NCBI RefSeq assembly: GCF_009914755.1
Contig: NC_060942.1
From: the human T2T-CHM13v2.0 reference genome, Homo sapiens
Reading direction: 5' to 3' (one strand)
Length of the DNA stretch: 64,000 nucleotides
Positions 14,258-28,847 of the stretch are shown here, one piece after another (the first letter of the stretch is position 1; every line of letters begins with the position of its first letter). The notes beneath the pieces are model-generated. The model saw only the letters and a list, made by a program, of their open reading frames with translations. It was not told the origin of the DNA and searched no databases. The position numbers and the translations under genes were made by a program.

Positions 14258-14758
14258 TGTTAACATCCTGAGATTTTACCCTATTTGTGAGCTAACAAGT
14301 TAGTGTGCCAAAATTTCATACATACTGGCAGAAGACACAAGACTCAGAGGAAAGACAAAGAACATCTTACTACTTACAGCAATAGCCATAGCCAGATTAT
14401 TACCATTTTGCTTTGTTTCTCTGAGCCCCAGTTCCCACAGGGAAACACCATGAGAGCCAGGTGATTCTTAAATACCAATAGGTTGCATTATAGGAGAGGA
14501 ACCCCAAGGTTCTGGGAGCCAAGTCTTTCATAATGCACAATAATTCTGCCGAAACTTTGCACTAGAGAGAGACATTATAAACTGGACAGTAAATAAACCT
14601 GCTGTTTGCTCCTGAGGGAGAGTCTATCTCTGTCTACCTAAGTTGTTTGCTATACAAACATCCTTAAAAAGACAGTCCAGAACAAAGCTAGTCATTAGTG
14701 CTTATACATGCAACATATACATAAATGTAAGAAACCAATGGAAAATTGCCTCCCAACA
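14258..14758 (-). mobile_element. ERV1 solo LTR (MER89/MER90/MER92-like)
   Basis: TGT...ACA termini; reverse complement begins TGTTGGGAGGCAATTTTCCATTGG and contains AAGGATGTTTGTATAGCAAACA. Confidence 0.55.
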
Positions 14759-16629
14759 ATGTGAATCGCTTAGGTCCAAAGTTACAAAAACAACCTAGTT
14801 AGAAAACAACAACTAGGAATGGAAATGTCATAAGAAAAAGTGTTTTATACAGGTGAAGTCTTCATATAACTGAAGCATATACTTACAGATATCAAAAGTT
14901 GAAAAGATATTTTGGATAAAACGTCAAAAATATGTAACAAATTCTTGTGTTATGTTAAATGCATGATGGAAACACTACAGAACATTTATTAACATGCAGG
15001 CACAAAATAACAGTCATAACTTGTTCTGTAAGATCACTGTGCTCCGGGGAGATTATACTGGTAGTTGCATGAAAGGCCCCTTCGAGCAAATGTGACAATG
15101 CTCTACAGTAGGAATTGGCTAACCATCTAGTCAGACATGGGTAATTAAATACTCAGAGCCAGCAGTTGGATACATAATTATTTAGGAATCAAGCTCAGAA
15201 CACTACTTCTAAGAGCAAAAGAATACCCTGTTCATGGAGTGGTGGAAAGTATATTTTCAATATGTCAGACAATCTATATCTTAACACTAATTTTAATCAA
15301 TGAAAATCGATGAATAACACCCATTATGCTAAACACAATCCACTAATTTCACCAGTGAAAAAACTATTTCTATCAATTAGTATGCTAAACAAAAAAACCT
15401 CCAGTGTGAATCAAAATAGTTTAAAAAGGATTGTAACTGGGTCCTTTCATATTAAATGCTAGTAAGTGTATTCTTAATTAGGAAAAAAGACTGCCTCAGG
15501 GTGTACAGTAATTCTCTATACTAGACACGTATACTCACTGAACTAGTATGCAGTATAAATTATAGGTCTCATAGTAAGGGTTTACCATTAACCCATTTTT
15601 AGTTGAGATAAAGAGGCACAGAGAGGGTGGAAAATTTGCTCGGGCTCTCAAAGGTAGGAAATGTCAGACCTAGTTCAGCATCCACATTTGTTCTGTGCTT
15701 GGTTCTGCTGCATCTTTAAAATTTCCCTATATTCTGTCTCTACCAAGTAGTCGATTTTCATTATTTACTTCTTTTATGGGTCTCCTTTCCCTGTTTCTAT
15801 TAGTTAGCAAATTCAAATTTGCTGGGAGCTGAATATCTAGATAGATGTGTTCTTTGAACTTTTTGCTTTAAATTGCTGTCAATAGGACTGAATGAAAGAG
15901 TAGGGCCTGGGTTGGGTCTTGGGGGCTTGTGGTAGCTGCCTCTGGGATTCCTAAGGGCTGTGGAAATCTGTTCTCTCTGTAAGTGGGTTTGTGACTGTGT
16001 TTAATTTTAAGGTTAACAAAAGGGAGCATGGGAGCAGGTGATGGTTGGGTTGTGCTTGATGACTCCAGCTCCATTCAGGAGCACGTTTCTGTGGTGACCG
16101 GCTGGTATTGTGTAAGGATGATTATTAATTCCAGCTATCAGCAGGTCTTGAGCCAGATTAATCTCCATATGGCAGAGGGACACAAGAGATCCGAGTGTAG
16201 CCACCAATATACACAGGTCCCAACCTTATCTGCACGCTGGCACAGAGCGTGTCAGTTTCTAATTCTTCCTTGGGAATATATCATTTGATTCATGTGTGAA
16301 AGATCAGTGAGGGAGGAGTATAAATCCCACTTTTGTTCAGCCTTCTGGGCAGTTCGAGCCTGCTAATTTCTGCAATATGCATGATGTACGGCAACCTCTC
16401 AGATTTACAGTCTCTCCTTCGAGTTGAAATTAAGCAGGAGACCATTTATTAACATCTCAAAGACAGAGACCCATGTTCTGGTTAGCACTACAATTTTGGA
16501 GAATTTTCGTGAGTGAAAAACCCTTCTGAATCTCTTTACCCAGGCTGTTGATTTGTGGGAATGTGTAAGCATACGTGATTGTTGGAGGGTGTGTTTTTTC
16601 GTCTGTCTCTCCTGGTATCTACATAGCTT

Positions 16630-16930
16630 ATTATCTCTAGTCAAATGTTTCTTCATCTGACAGAGGTTTCCTGACCACACAGTATAAAATAGAAATCATT
16701 CTCATCCATGCACCTCTCTCTCACTTCCCTTTTATATTGTCTTTATATACTTTCATAGAATGTATTACCATCCCATACATACCTATATGCTGGTTAGCTG
16801 ACTCCTTCACTTAGAATTTAAGCTCAGTGACAGCAAGAACTTTGTCTTGCTCCTGGCGACATCCTTACAGCCTTGAACAATTCCTGGCACACAGTAGGGA
16901 TTCAATACATATTTGATAAAAGAAAATGAA
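16630..16930 (+). mobile_element. L2 3' end
   Basis: TAGAATTTAAGCTC...CTTTGTCTTGCTC...CCTGGCACACAGTAGG..TTCAATACATATTTG. Confidence 0.75.
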
Positions 16931-17290
16931 ATTAAATGTTTACAAAGTTACTTCTCCTCTCTCCAGTGACAATGGGGAAAATGTAGCTAATATCATTCAA
17001 CATTCAAAATAAAGAACTTAAATTTGCACAATGCTGTTGGCAGAGAATATTTCATTTAACTGCCATTAGCCCTTATCCTAGAATGACTTCATGCAATTGA
17101 ATTACAAATATTTCTGCCTTTACTTGGAAGAAACAGTAGAATTATGTGGTAGTAACTAAATGTTTTTTCTCCTTTTTTTTTTAACATGCAATTACTATCT
17201 ATAGAATAACTGGATTATCCTTAATGACAAGACACAAATAATAAGCATTTTGATTAAGACAAGTTGGTGAAACGCTAAAAGCTAATAAAA

Positions 17291-17618
17291 GTTGTTTTCT
17301 GGTTTTTTGTTTTTTTTGTTTTGTTTTGTTTTGTTTTTGAGATGGAGTCTGGCTGCCTCACCCAGGCTGGAGAGGAGCAGCGTGATCTTGGCTCACTGCA
17401 ACCTCCGCCTCCCAGGTTCAAGAGATTCTCCTGCCTCAGCCTCCTGAGTAGCTGGGATTACAGGCACTTGCCCCAACGCCTGGCTAATTTTTGTATTTTT
17501 AGTAGAGACAGCATTTCACTATGTTGGTCAGGCTGGCCTCGAACTCCTGACCTCATGATCCACCCACCTTGGCCTCCCAAAGTGCTGGGGTTACAGGAGT
17601 GAGCCACAGCACTTGGCC
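17291..17618 (-). mobile_element. AluS with (TTTTG)n tail
   Basis: Reverse Alu dimer ending CACTTGGCC. Confidence 0.95.
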
Positions 17619-18320
17619 AAGTTTTTTTTTTAAAAACAAACAAACATGGCTCCCTCAAATTAAGTAAATTGACTACATAATGAGAAAAAAGCTTAGTTAC
17701 TCAGTGGCTCCCAAATGAAGCCTTATGAATGTTTATTACTTGAAATCTGCAGATCCTAAAATTAATTATTCTATTATTTTTCTTTAAAGTTTAATTTAAC
17801 CAGTAGCCATAATGACACAACAAATCTTTCAGGGAAGAAGGTCATTATGAAAAAGACAGGTGAGGTTAACCCAATAATGCTTAGAAATTGCTAATGTACA
17901 TATTCAACAATATACTCCTTTCCAGAACCACCAGCCTTTATCAAGCAATTTCTTACATGTCTCCAGTAGAAAAGGCAACATTTTCACTTTGCCAAAATTT
18001 TGGCACTAAATTCTAAAATCCAGTAGGACAATGGCTCCTGGGATTTTATGTACTTTTTCATGATTTTCATCCATTCTATGGTGAAGTGTGAAATGAGGTA
18101 AATACTTAGTCTGTCCACCAGACACCACTCTCAAAAGAGAGTATATACACCTCAGGCCACCCACACTTCAAAAGGCCATTATTGAAGGCTATTTCTGCAC
18201 AGGCTTCTCAGTTGGTCATGTCTACCTATATCCTTTATGTATATTTTTGCTCTCAGTTGTAAAATTCCTGCCACAGCTCTCATATCTCTTCCAATCTCCA
18301 ACCTACCTATCTCCATCTCC

Positions 18321-18462
18321 GTTTTTTTCTTTTTCCTTTTTTTAAGGAGATAAGTTCTCGTTATGTTATCCAGGCTGATCTTGAACTCCTGGGCTCAAGT
18401 GATCCTCTTTCCTCAACTTCTAGAGTATCTGGGACTGCAGGCATGAACCACTGTGCCCAGCT
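18321..18462 (-). mobile_element. FLAM (free left Alu monomer)
   Basis: Single monomer TTGAACTCCTGGGCTCAAGTGATCC...GTGCCCAGC with T-rich tail. Confidence 0.8.
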
Positions 18463-18904
18463 CCAATTCCCATTTTTAAGGTCAAACTTAGTTCAGCCTC
18501 TCTTAGGAAACCCTGTCTGGCTACTTTAGCTGATGGGTCTGAACCTTCACTGGCATATAAAACTATAATGGTGATTATGATGAGAATGATGATGGTGATG
18601 ATAACAGTAAACACTTATTAGACTCTTATAATGTGCCATAACTGCAGTTTAATTACATTATTTTATTTGACCCTCCCATACCATATCACGTAGATACTAT
18701 CATTATTCACCCTTTTGCAAATGAAGCTTAGAAGTATTTGTTAATGTTGGAAAATATTCACTACATAGAGATGAAGACTGTAGTCAGACCCAGTGAATTC
18801 TCATAATGCAGAACTTCATTCCATGCTGCCTTACACAGGCATACCTCAGAGATAGTGTTTGGTTCCAGACTAACATAAAAGAACAAACATTGCAATAAAG
18901 TAAG

Positions 18905-19257
18905 TGATATGGTTTGGCTGTGTCCCCACCGAAATCTCATCTTGAATTCCTATGTGTTGTGGGAGGGATCTGGTGGGAGGTAATTGAATCACGGGGGCAG
19001 GTCTTTCCCATGCTGTTCTTGTGATGGTGAATAAGTTTCACGAGATCTGGTAGTTTTAAAAATGGGAGCCTCCCCGTACAAGCTCTCTTTGCCTGCTGTC
19101 ATCCATGTAAGATGTGACTTGCTCCTCCTTGCCTTCCACCATGATTATGAGGCCTCCCCAGCCACGTGGAACTGTGAATCCAGTTAAACCTCTTTCTTTT
19201 GTAAATTGCCCCATCTTGAGTATGTCTTTATCAGCAGCATGAAAACAGACTAATACA
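18905..19257 (+). mobile_element. THE1 (B/C) solo LTR inside Tigger1
   Basis: TGATATGGTTTGGCTGTGTCCCCACC...CAGACTAATACA; perfect 5-bp TSD GTAAG (18900-18904, 19258-19262). Confidence 0.95.
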
Positions 19258-19438
19258 GTAAGTCACACAATTTTTTTGGTTTCCTAGTATAAGTTACATG
19301 TATACAGTACAACAGTCTATTAAGTATGCAATAGAATTATGTCTAAAAAAAACTGATGTATGTACCCTAATTTTAAAAAAGCTTTATTACTAAAAAGTTT
19401 TAGCAGTTGTCTGAGACTTCAGCGAGTCATAATCTTTT

Positions 19439-20128
19439 CTTCTTATTATTATACTTTAAGTTTTAGGGTACATGTGCACAATGTGCAGGTTTGTTACATA
19501 TGTATACATGTACCATGTTGGTGTGCTGCACCCATTAATTCATCATTTACATTAGGTATATCTCCTAATGCTCTCCCTCGCCCTTCCCCCCACCCCACAA
19601 CAGGCCCCAGTGTGTGATGTTCCCCATCCTGTGTCCATGTGTTCTCATTGTTCAATTCCCACCTATGAGTCAGAACATGCGGTGTTTGGTTTTTTGTCCT
19701 TGTGATAGTTTGCTGAGAATGATGGTTTCCAGCTTCACCCATGTCCCTACAAAGGACATGAACTCATCATTTTTTATGGCTGCATAGTATTCCATGGTGT
19801 ATATATGCCACATTTTCTTAATCCAGTCTATCATTGTTGGACATTTGGCTTGGTTCCAAGTCTACAGAACTCTCCACCCCAAATCAACAGAATATACATT
19901 CTTCTCAGCACCACACCACACTTATTCCAAAATTGACCACATAGTTGGAAGTAAAGCACTCCTCAGCAAATGTAAAAGAACAGAAATTATAACAAACTGT
20001 CTCTCAGACCACTAGACCAATCAAACTAGAACTCAGGATTAAGAAACTCACTCAAAACTGCTCAACTACATGGAGACTGAACAACCTGCTCCTGAATGAC
20101 TGCTGGGTACATAACGAAATGAAGGCAG
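19439..20128 (-). mobile_element. L1PA, 5'-truncated with 5' inversion
   Basis: L1 3' end on minus strand (19439-19863), then plus-strand ORF2 endonuclease segment (YRTLHPKSTEYTFFSAPHHTYSKIDH); TSD CAGCGAGTCATAATCTTTT at 19420-19438 and 20126-20144. Confidence 0.92.
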
Positions 20129-20604
20129 CGAGTCATAATCTTTTTGCTGGTGAAGGCTCTTGCCTCAGTGACTGATCAGGGCAGTGGTTGCTGAAGACTG
20201 GGGTGGCTGAGGTGACTTCTTAAAATCAGACAACAAACTTGCCACACTGATTGACACTTCCTTTCACAAAAAATTTGCCTGCAGCATTCAACGTCTGTTT
20301 AATAACATTGTATCCACAATAGAACTTCTTTCAAAATTGGAATCAATTCTTTGAAGCCCTGCTTTATCACCTAAGTTTATATGATACTCTAAATCTTTTG
20401 TTGTCATTTCAACAGTGTTCACAGCGTCTTCACCAGGAGTAGATTCTGTCTCAAGAGACCACTTTTTTTTTGTTCATCCATAAGAAGCTACTCCTCATCC
20501 TTTCAAGCTTTATCATGAGATTGCAGCATTTCAGTCACATCTCCAGGTTCTACTTCTAATTGTAGACTTGCTATTTCTACCATATCTACAGTTACTTCCT
20601 CCAC

Positions 20605-22072
20605 TTTTTTTTTTTAATTATATTTTAAGTTCTGGGATACATGTGCAGAATGTGCAGGTTTGTTACGTAGGTATACAAGTGCCACAGTGGTTTGCTGCAC
20701 CCATCAACCCGTCATCTACATTAGGTGTCTCTCCTAATGCTATCCCTCCCCTAGCCCCCTGACAGGCTCCGGTGTGTGATGTTCCCCTCTTTGTGTCCAT
20801 GTGTTCTCATTGTTCAACTTCCACTTATGAGTGAGAACATGAGGTTTGGTTTTCTGTTCTTGTGTTAGTTTGCTAAGAATGATGGTTTCCAGTTTCATCC
20901 ATGTCCCTGCAAAGGATATGAACTCATCCTTTTTTATGGCTGCTTAGTATTCCACGGTGTATATATACCACATTTTCTTTATCCAGTCTATCATTGATGT
21001 GCATTTGGGTTGGTTCCAAGTCTCTGCTATTGTGAACAGTGTTGCAATAAATAGACATGTGCATGTATGTTTATAGTAGAATGGTTTATAACCCTTTGGG
21101 TATATACCCAGTAATGAGATTGCTGTATCAAATGGTATTTCTAGTTCTAGATCCTTGAGGAATCGCCACACTGTCTTCCACAAAGGTTGAACTAATTTAT
21201 ACTCCCATCAGCAGTGTAAAAACATTCTTATTTCTCCACATCCTGTCCAGGATCTGTTGTTTCCTGACTGTTTAATGATCACCATTCTACCTGGTGAGAG
21301 ATGGTATCTCATTGTGGTTTTGATTTGCATTTCTCTAATGACCAATGATGATGAGCAACAAACATATATAAATGTTTGTTGGCCACATAAATGCCATCTT
21401 TTGAGAAGTGTCTGTTCATATCCTTTGCCCACTTTTTGATGGGGTTGTTTTTTTCTTGTAAATTTGTTTAAGTTATTTGTAGATTCTGGATATTAGCCCT
21501 TTGTCAGATGGATAGATTGCAAAATTTTTCTCCCATTCTGTAGGTTGCCAGTTTACTCTGATGATAGTTTCTTTTGCTGTGCAGAAGCTCTTTAGTTTAA
21601 TTAGATCCCATTTGTCAATTTTGGCTTTTGTTGCCATAGCTTTTGGTGTTTCAGTCATGAAGTCTTTGTCCATGCCTATGTCCTGAATGGTATTGCCTAG
21701 GTTTTCTTCTAGGGTTTTTATGGTTTTAGGTCTTACATTTAAGTTTTTAATCCCTCTTTAGTTAATTTTTGTATAAGGTGTAAGGAAGTGGTCCAGTTTC
21801 AGTTTTCTGCATATGGCTAGCCAGTTTTCCCAGCATGATTTAATAAATAGAGAATCCTTTCCACATTGCTTGTTTTTGTCAGGTTTGTCAAAGATCAAAT
21901 GGTTGTAGATGTGTGGCATTATTTCTGAAGCCTCTGTTCTGTTCCATTGGTCTCTATATCTGTTTTGGTACCAGTATCATGCTGTTTTGGTTATTGTAGC
22001 CTTATAGTATAGTTTGAAGTCAGGTAGCGTGATGCCTCCAGCTTTGTTCTTTTTGCGTAGGATTATCTTGGC
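20605..22072 (-). mobile_element. L1PA (about PA7/8), 5'-truncated, inside Tigger1
   Basis: Poly-T, 3'UTR, ORF2 C-terminal fragments ([19 protein letters not shown]; WNQPKC); short CACTT repeat at both ends. Confidence 0.92.
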
Positions 22073-22483
22073 ACTTAAGTCTTGAATCTCTCAAAATCAT
22101 CCATGAAAATTGGAATCACTCCTGATAATGTTGATATTTTGACCACCTCCCATGAATTTTGAGTGTTTTCAATGGCATCTAGAATGATGAATTCTTTCCA
22201 GAAGGTTTTCAGTTTACTTTGCCCAGATCAATCAAATCAATTACTATCTATGGCAGCTACAGCTTTATGAAATGTATTCTTAAATTATAAAACTTGAAAG
22301 TCAAAATTAGTCCCCAATCCATAGGCTACAAAATGGATGTTGTTTTATCAGGCATGAAAACATTAATCTCCCTGTACATCTGCATCACAGCTCTTAGGTG
22401 ACTAGGTACATTGTCAATGAACAGTAATATTTTGAAAGGAATCTTTTTTCCAAGCAGTAGGTCTCAACAGTAGGCTTAAATAT

Positions 22484-22759
22484 TCAGTAAACCATGCTGT
22501 AAACAGATGTGCTGCCATCTAGACTTTTTATTCCATTTATAGAGCACAGGCAGAGAGCCCCAGGATCTTTGGAATGGTAAATGAGCATTGGTTTTAACTT
22601 AAAGTCACCAGGAACACCAGCCGCTAACAAGAGAATCAGCTTGTCCATGGAAGCTTTGAAGCCAGGCATTGACGTCTCTTCTCTTTTTATGAAAGTCCTA
22701 GATGGCATCTGTTTCATGTGTGCTGAAAATCTATTATTTAATGTAGCCACCTTTATCAA
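22484..22759 (-). pseudogene. Tigger1 transposase fragment (pogo/DDE_1 domain), decayed
   Basis: ORF reads [28 protein letters not shown]...[13 protein letters not shown], typical of Tigger1 transposase; disrupted by deletions and stops. Confidence 0.85.
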
Positions 22760-24369
22760 TTATCTTAGCTAGATCTTCTGGAATAACTTACTGCAGCTTC
22801 TACATCGGTGCTTTCTGCTTCACCTTGCACTTTATATTATGGAGATCAAACCTCATGAATCAGCCTCTGGTAGCTTCAGATTTTCCTTCTGCCACTTTCT
22901 CACATCTCTAAATCTTTATAGAATTAAAGAGTGTTAGAGCCTAGATCTGTATTAGGCTTTGACTTAAGGGAATGTTGGCTGGTTTGATCTGTCTAGATCA
23001 CTAAAACTTTCTCTTTGTCAGCAATAAGGCTATCTTGCTTCCTTATCATTTGTGTGTTGATTGGAGTAGCACTTTTAATTTCCTTCAAAAACTTTTCCTT
23101 TGTGTTCACAACTTGGCTAACTGGCACAAAAGGCCAAGTTTTCTGCCTACTTTGGCTTCTGATGTGCCTTCCTCACTAAGCTTAATCATTTCTAGCTTTT
23201 GATTTAAAATGAGAGATGTATGACTCCTCCTTTTGCTTGAACACTTAGAGGCCTTGTAGGGTTATTAATTGGCCTGGTTTCAATATTGTTATGTATTAAT
23301 TGGTAGGGAGGCCAAAGGACAGGGAGAGAGATAGGGAAGGACTTGTTGTAGGGGCATTCAGAACACACACCTTTTTCAATTAAGTTCGCCATCTTGCATG
23401 GTTGCAGTTTGTGGTGCCTTGAAGCAGTTATGATAGTAATATCAAAGATCACTGATCACAGATGACCGTAACAGACATAGTAATAAGGAAAAGTTTGAAA
23501 TATTGCAAACATTACCAAAATGTGACCCAGAGACGTGAAGCGAACACATGCTGTTGGAAAAATGGCATTGGAAAACTTGATTAGCATAGGGCTACCACAA
23601 ACCTTCAATTTATAAAAAACGCAATATCTCTGAAGTGCAACAAGGAAGCACAGTAAAACAATGTGTGCTTGTAGTTATTGTACCATGTGGTCATTTTTGC
23701 CTGCCAAGCTAGATTGTAAGGCCTTTTAAGGCAAGAGACCTATTATTTCTTTGGTATACTGCTCAAAGCTTTTGATGATTAAAAGTTTTGATGATCATCA
23801 AGTGGATTTTAGTAAATAGTTGACTGAATTGACACCGTGGTCTGAGACTATTGTATTTTTCAGAGTCCCAGAGGAAGAATAACTGTCACATGTTGTTTCT
23901 CGTCTCCTTCTCTTTCTGTACTTGAGATTCTCTTGAGGCAGTTTCCTTACTAGCAGAAATGAGTGTTTGATTTACCCAAATCCAACATGAGACAGTGCTT
24001 TTTCTTAGTGACTTAATGGCTAGGCTAGATAATGCCTGTTCCTTTATCCATTTCTCATAAACACTATTTAGAAGAGGTTCGGTCTGCCATGAGGCTGATA
24101 TGTATATGATTTTCCATCCCTTGCCCTGCAATCAATCTTAGAATACTTGAGCTGAAAATGACTGATGGGAAAATCCAATTCATCCTCCCCTTCTTACAGA
24201 CAAGGAAACTGAGACTAGTTGGCCAAAGCAGCAACCACATTTTCCTATAATTTGTCCCTGGCCCCTTCTTCTGCATCATTCTTGAATCACTGCAAAAGAT
24301 CAAGAGGGATACTCAGGGGAGCTTATCCTCTGACCCCCAAATGCAGAATCCTATGCAAAATGAAATAAA

Positions 24370-24990
<621 letters not shown>

Positions 24991-25121
24991 CTGGTTACCT
25001 CAGAGTTCCCATAGGTAATAATGAAATCAGTGATTATCTCATGACTCAGAGAAACAGAATTTAATTTTTGATCCACACCTTTTCTTCTAGGAAACGGAAA
25101 GAGGGATTTTTATGGAGGAGG

Positions 25122-25516
25122 TGTGGTAAACATGGAGATGCTTTGCCCAGATCCTGCTTTCAGGGAGGACTCATTGCTTACCTTGGGGAGTAAGTCCTCC
25201 AGCTCTCAGCATGGTGAGGGCTGGCCTCAGAGACCCAGAGCTACTTTGCCTCAGGGCACAACTTCTTGTGAGGCAGTGAGGCAGGGTATAAGGCTTGGCA
25301 GTCTCTGCCTGATGCCAATCATTCTGATGAGCAACACATGCTCCAGGGCTCCCAGATGGAAGGGTTGATGCTTTCTAGAACCGGCCTTAAAGTTCAACTT
25401 TTCCCTATGCTTAATTCTGATTTTATCCTCTTCCATTCATAGCTGTTGATCTTTAACAAATAACTGCTCCACAATTCCATTATGGCGTCTATTTCCACAG
25501 ACCTCAACTTCCAACA
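25122..25516 (+). mobile_element. LTR16-like ERVL solo LTR
   Basis: TG...CA termini, GCCCAGATCC, TATAAGG box, GCTCCAGGGCTCCC. Confidence 0.55.
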
Positions 25517-25840
25517 AGAGGGAAGGCAAGAGCGAAGATCAGGAGAAGACAATCCACAGCTGTGTGTGTGACATGACAGCACATGTTCTCCTGCTTTCTC
25601 ATTGGGAGGTGTTTAGGGTTAACAAGCTAATTGGAAAGAGGGTTAAGGAAATGATTTCTGCTCTTCTCTAGCCCTTTTATAGAAATTATAAAACAATAAT
25701 TTCCACGTCAAAGAAGTGGTGGTGGGTGACAGGCTGTGCCGATAAATGTAAGAAAATGAGAGAGGGTTGTATTAAAGCCCCTCCAAACCCTTGGCACTGC
25801 TAAGAACTTCTTTTCTGTGTTTCAGAATGCCAACATTTAC

Positions 25841-26420
25841 TTTTTTTTTTCCAACTTTTATTTTAGAATTTGGGAGTATACTTGCAGGTTTGTTACAAAG
25901 ATACATCGCATGATGCTGAGGTTTGGAGAATGACTGAACCTGTCACACAGGTAGTGAGCATTGTACTCAATAGGTAGTTTTTCAGCCTTTTCCCTCCTCC
26001 CTCTCTCCCCTATTAGTTCCTAGTATCTATTGTTCCCATGTTTATGTTTGTGTGTACCCCATGTTTAGCTCTCACTTATACATGAGAACATAAAGTATTT
26101 GCTTTCCTATTTCTTCATTAGTTCACTTAGGATAATGGCCTCTAGCTGTATCCATGTTGCAGCAAAGGACATGATTTCACTCTTTTCTGTGGCTGCATAG
26201 TGTTCCATGGGTGTATATATACCACATTTTCTTTATCCTATCCATTGTAGATGGATACTTGTTTGGTTGATTCCATGTTTTTGTTATTGTAAATAGTGCT
26301 GCAAGGAACATGTGGGTGCATGTGCCCTTTTGGTAGTATGATTTATTTTCCTTTGAGTAGATACCCAGTAATGGGATTGCTGGGTGGAATGGTAGTTCAA
26401 GTCTTAGTTCTTAGAGGAAT
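25841..26420 (-). mobile_element. L1PA15/16-like 3' end
   Basis: ATGATGCTGAGGTTTGG 3'UTR motif; 14-bp TSD CAACATTTACTTTT at 25831-25844 and 26421-26434. Confidence 0.9.
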
Positions 26421-26444
26421 CAACATTTACTTTTGTTATTATTC

Positions 26445-27224
<780 letters not shown>

Positions 27225-28067
27225 CTACTTCTATTATTTTCCACTTGGCTGCCTGAGCTGTAAGCCTGCCAGCACACCCACAGACACTGGGGAGGGCCTG
27301 TAAGAATTTCCAGAGATTGAGGATTATTGAGACTTCCCTCCCTGCCTATGACAGGGTTTTGTGTGTGGGACATTCTTTATAATACAAGATGGAGTTAAAG
27401 AAGACCATTTCTTTGCAGAATTGAGTTAGGCATTCGCATAGCAATGCAAAATGGGAGGAGAGAGGGTGTTGTGGGGAGAAAAAGGTATAATGGAAATCCT
27501 ATTTTGGTGTTCATTATAACATCACTCCTGCAGCAAAATTACCTTATATCCCTGACAGAGATTAAAGGTTTTACTCCTCCTGGTTATCGGCAACAACTCC
27601 TCTCATTAACTCTTCATCTCACCACCTACATAGCCATTTATCCAAATGTATATGTAAAATTAAAAATAAATAAAAGGATTAATCCATAAAGACACTGAAA
27701 TAGGAAGGTAAGGGGATGGGATGGTAGAAATGCTAGACAAAATGAAAAATAATATTAAACCCATATTTCATGAGGCAAGCGAAAGAGATTTCTCATTAGT
27801 TCATCCATCTCATTATCTTCCCAGAAGAGATTTTAATGTTCACCTTCACAAAGATGGTTTTTAAAGGCTCAGTTTTGTCTTGCTTAAATGTAGGTTCAAA
27901 TATGTAGAGAAAAATGCATGTTTTGTAGAAATATTTACCTTTACCTGTGATGTTCATTCAAGCTAGAGATTGGGAAAGTTTTTTCTTCAAAAACCAAAAA
28001 TCTAATCTCCTTCATTATCACTGAGGGTAGAAAAATAGGGAAAATGCCTAAGCTGCAGTTAGAATGA

Positions 28068-28480
<413 letters not shown>

Positions 28481-28559
28481 CTACCATTCATTGTGAGCTT
28501 CTGCTTACTATATTCCTAACACTGAGTTGAACACTTATACAAATTATTTATTTTTCACA

Positions 28560-28847
28560 TTTTTGTTTGTTTGAGACAGGGTCTGGCTCTGTCGCTCAGG
28601 CTGGAGTATGGTGATGGGATCTAGACTTACTGCAACCTCTGCCTTCCAGGCTCAAGTGATTCTCCCACGTCAGACTCCTCAGTAGCTGGGACTACAGGTG
28701 CACACCACCACTTCAGGCTAGTTTTTGTACTTTTTTGTAGAGACAGATTTCACCATGTTGCCCAGACTGATCTCGAACTCCTGAGTTCAAGCCTGCCTCA
28801 GCCTCCCAAAGTGCTAGGATTACAGGTGTGAGCCACCATGCCCGGCC
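28560..28847 (-). mobile_element. AluJ inside a MIR
   Basis: GAGACAGGGTCT...GGCTCAAGTGA; TATACAAAT repeated on both flanks. Confidence 0.92.

Larger units (their letters stand above)
18836..23671 (-). mobile_element. Near full-length Tigger1 (TcMar-Tigger/pogo) DNA transposon with three nested insertions
   Basis: Termini CAGGCATACCTC (18836) and ...GTGTGCTTG|TA (23671); ~2.3 kb remains after removing the inserts; transposase remnant inside. Confidence 0.92.

Noticed and set aside
27583-27594. RFX X-box-like GTTATCGGCAAC
   Set aside because: Imperfect half-site and spacing, no supporting context
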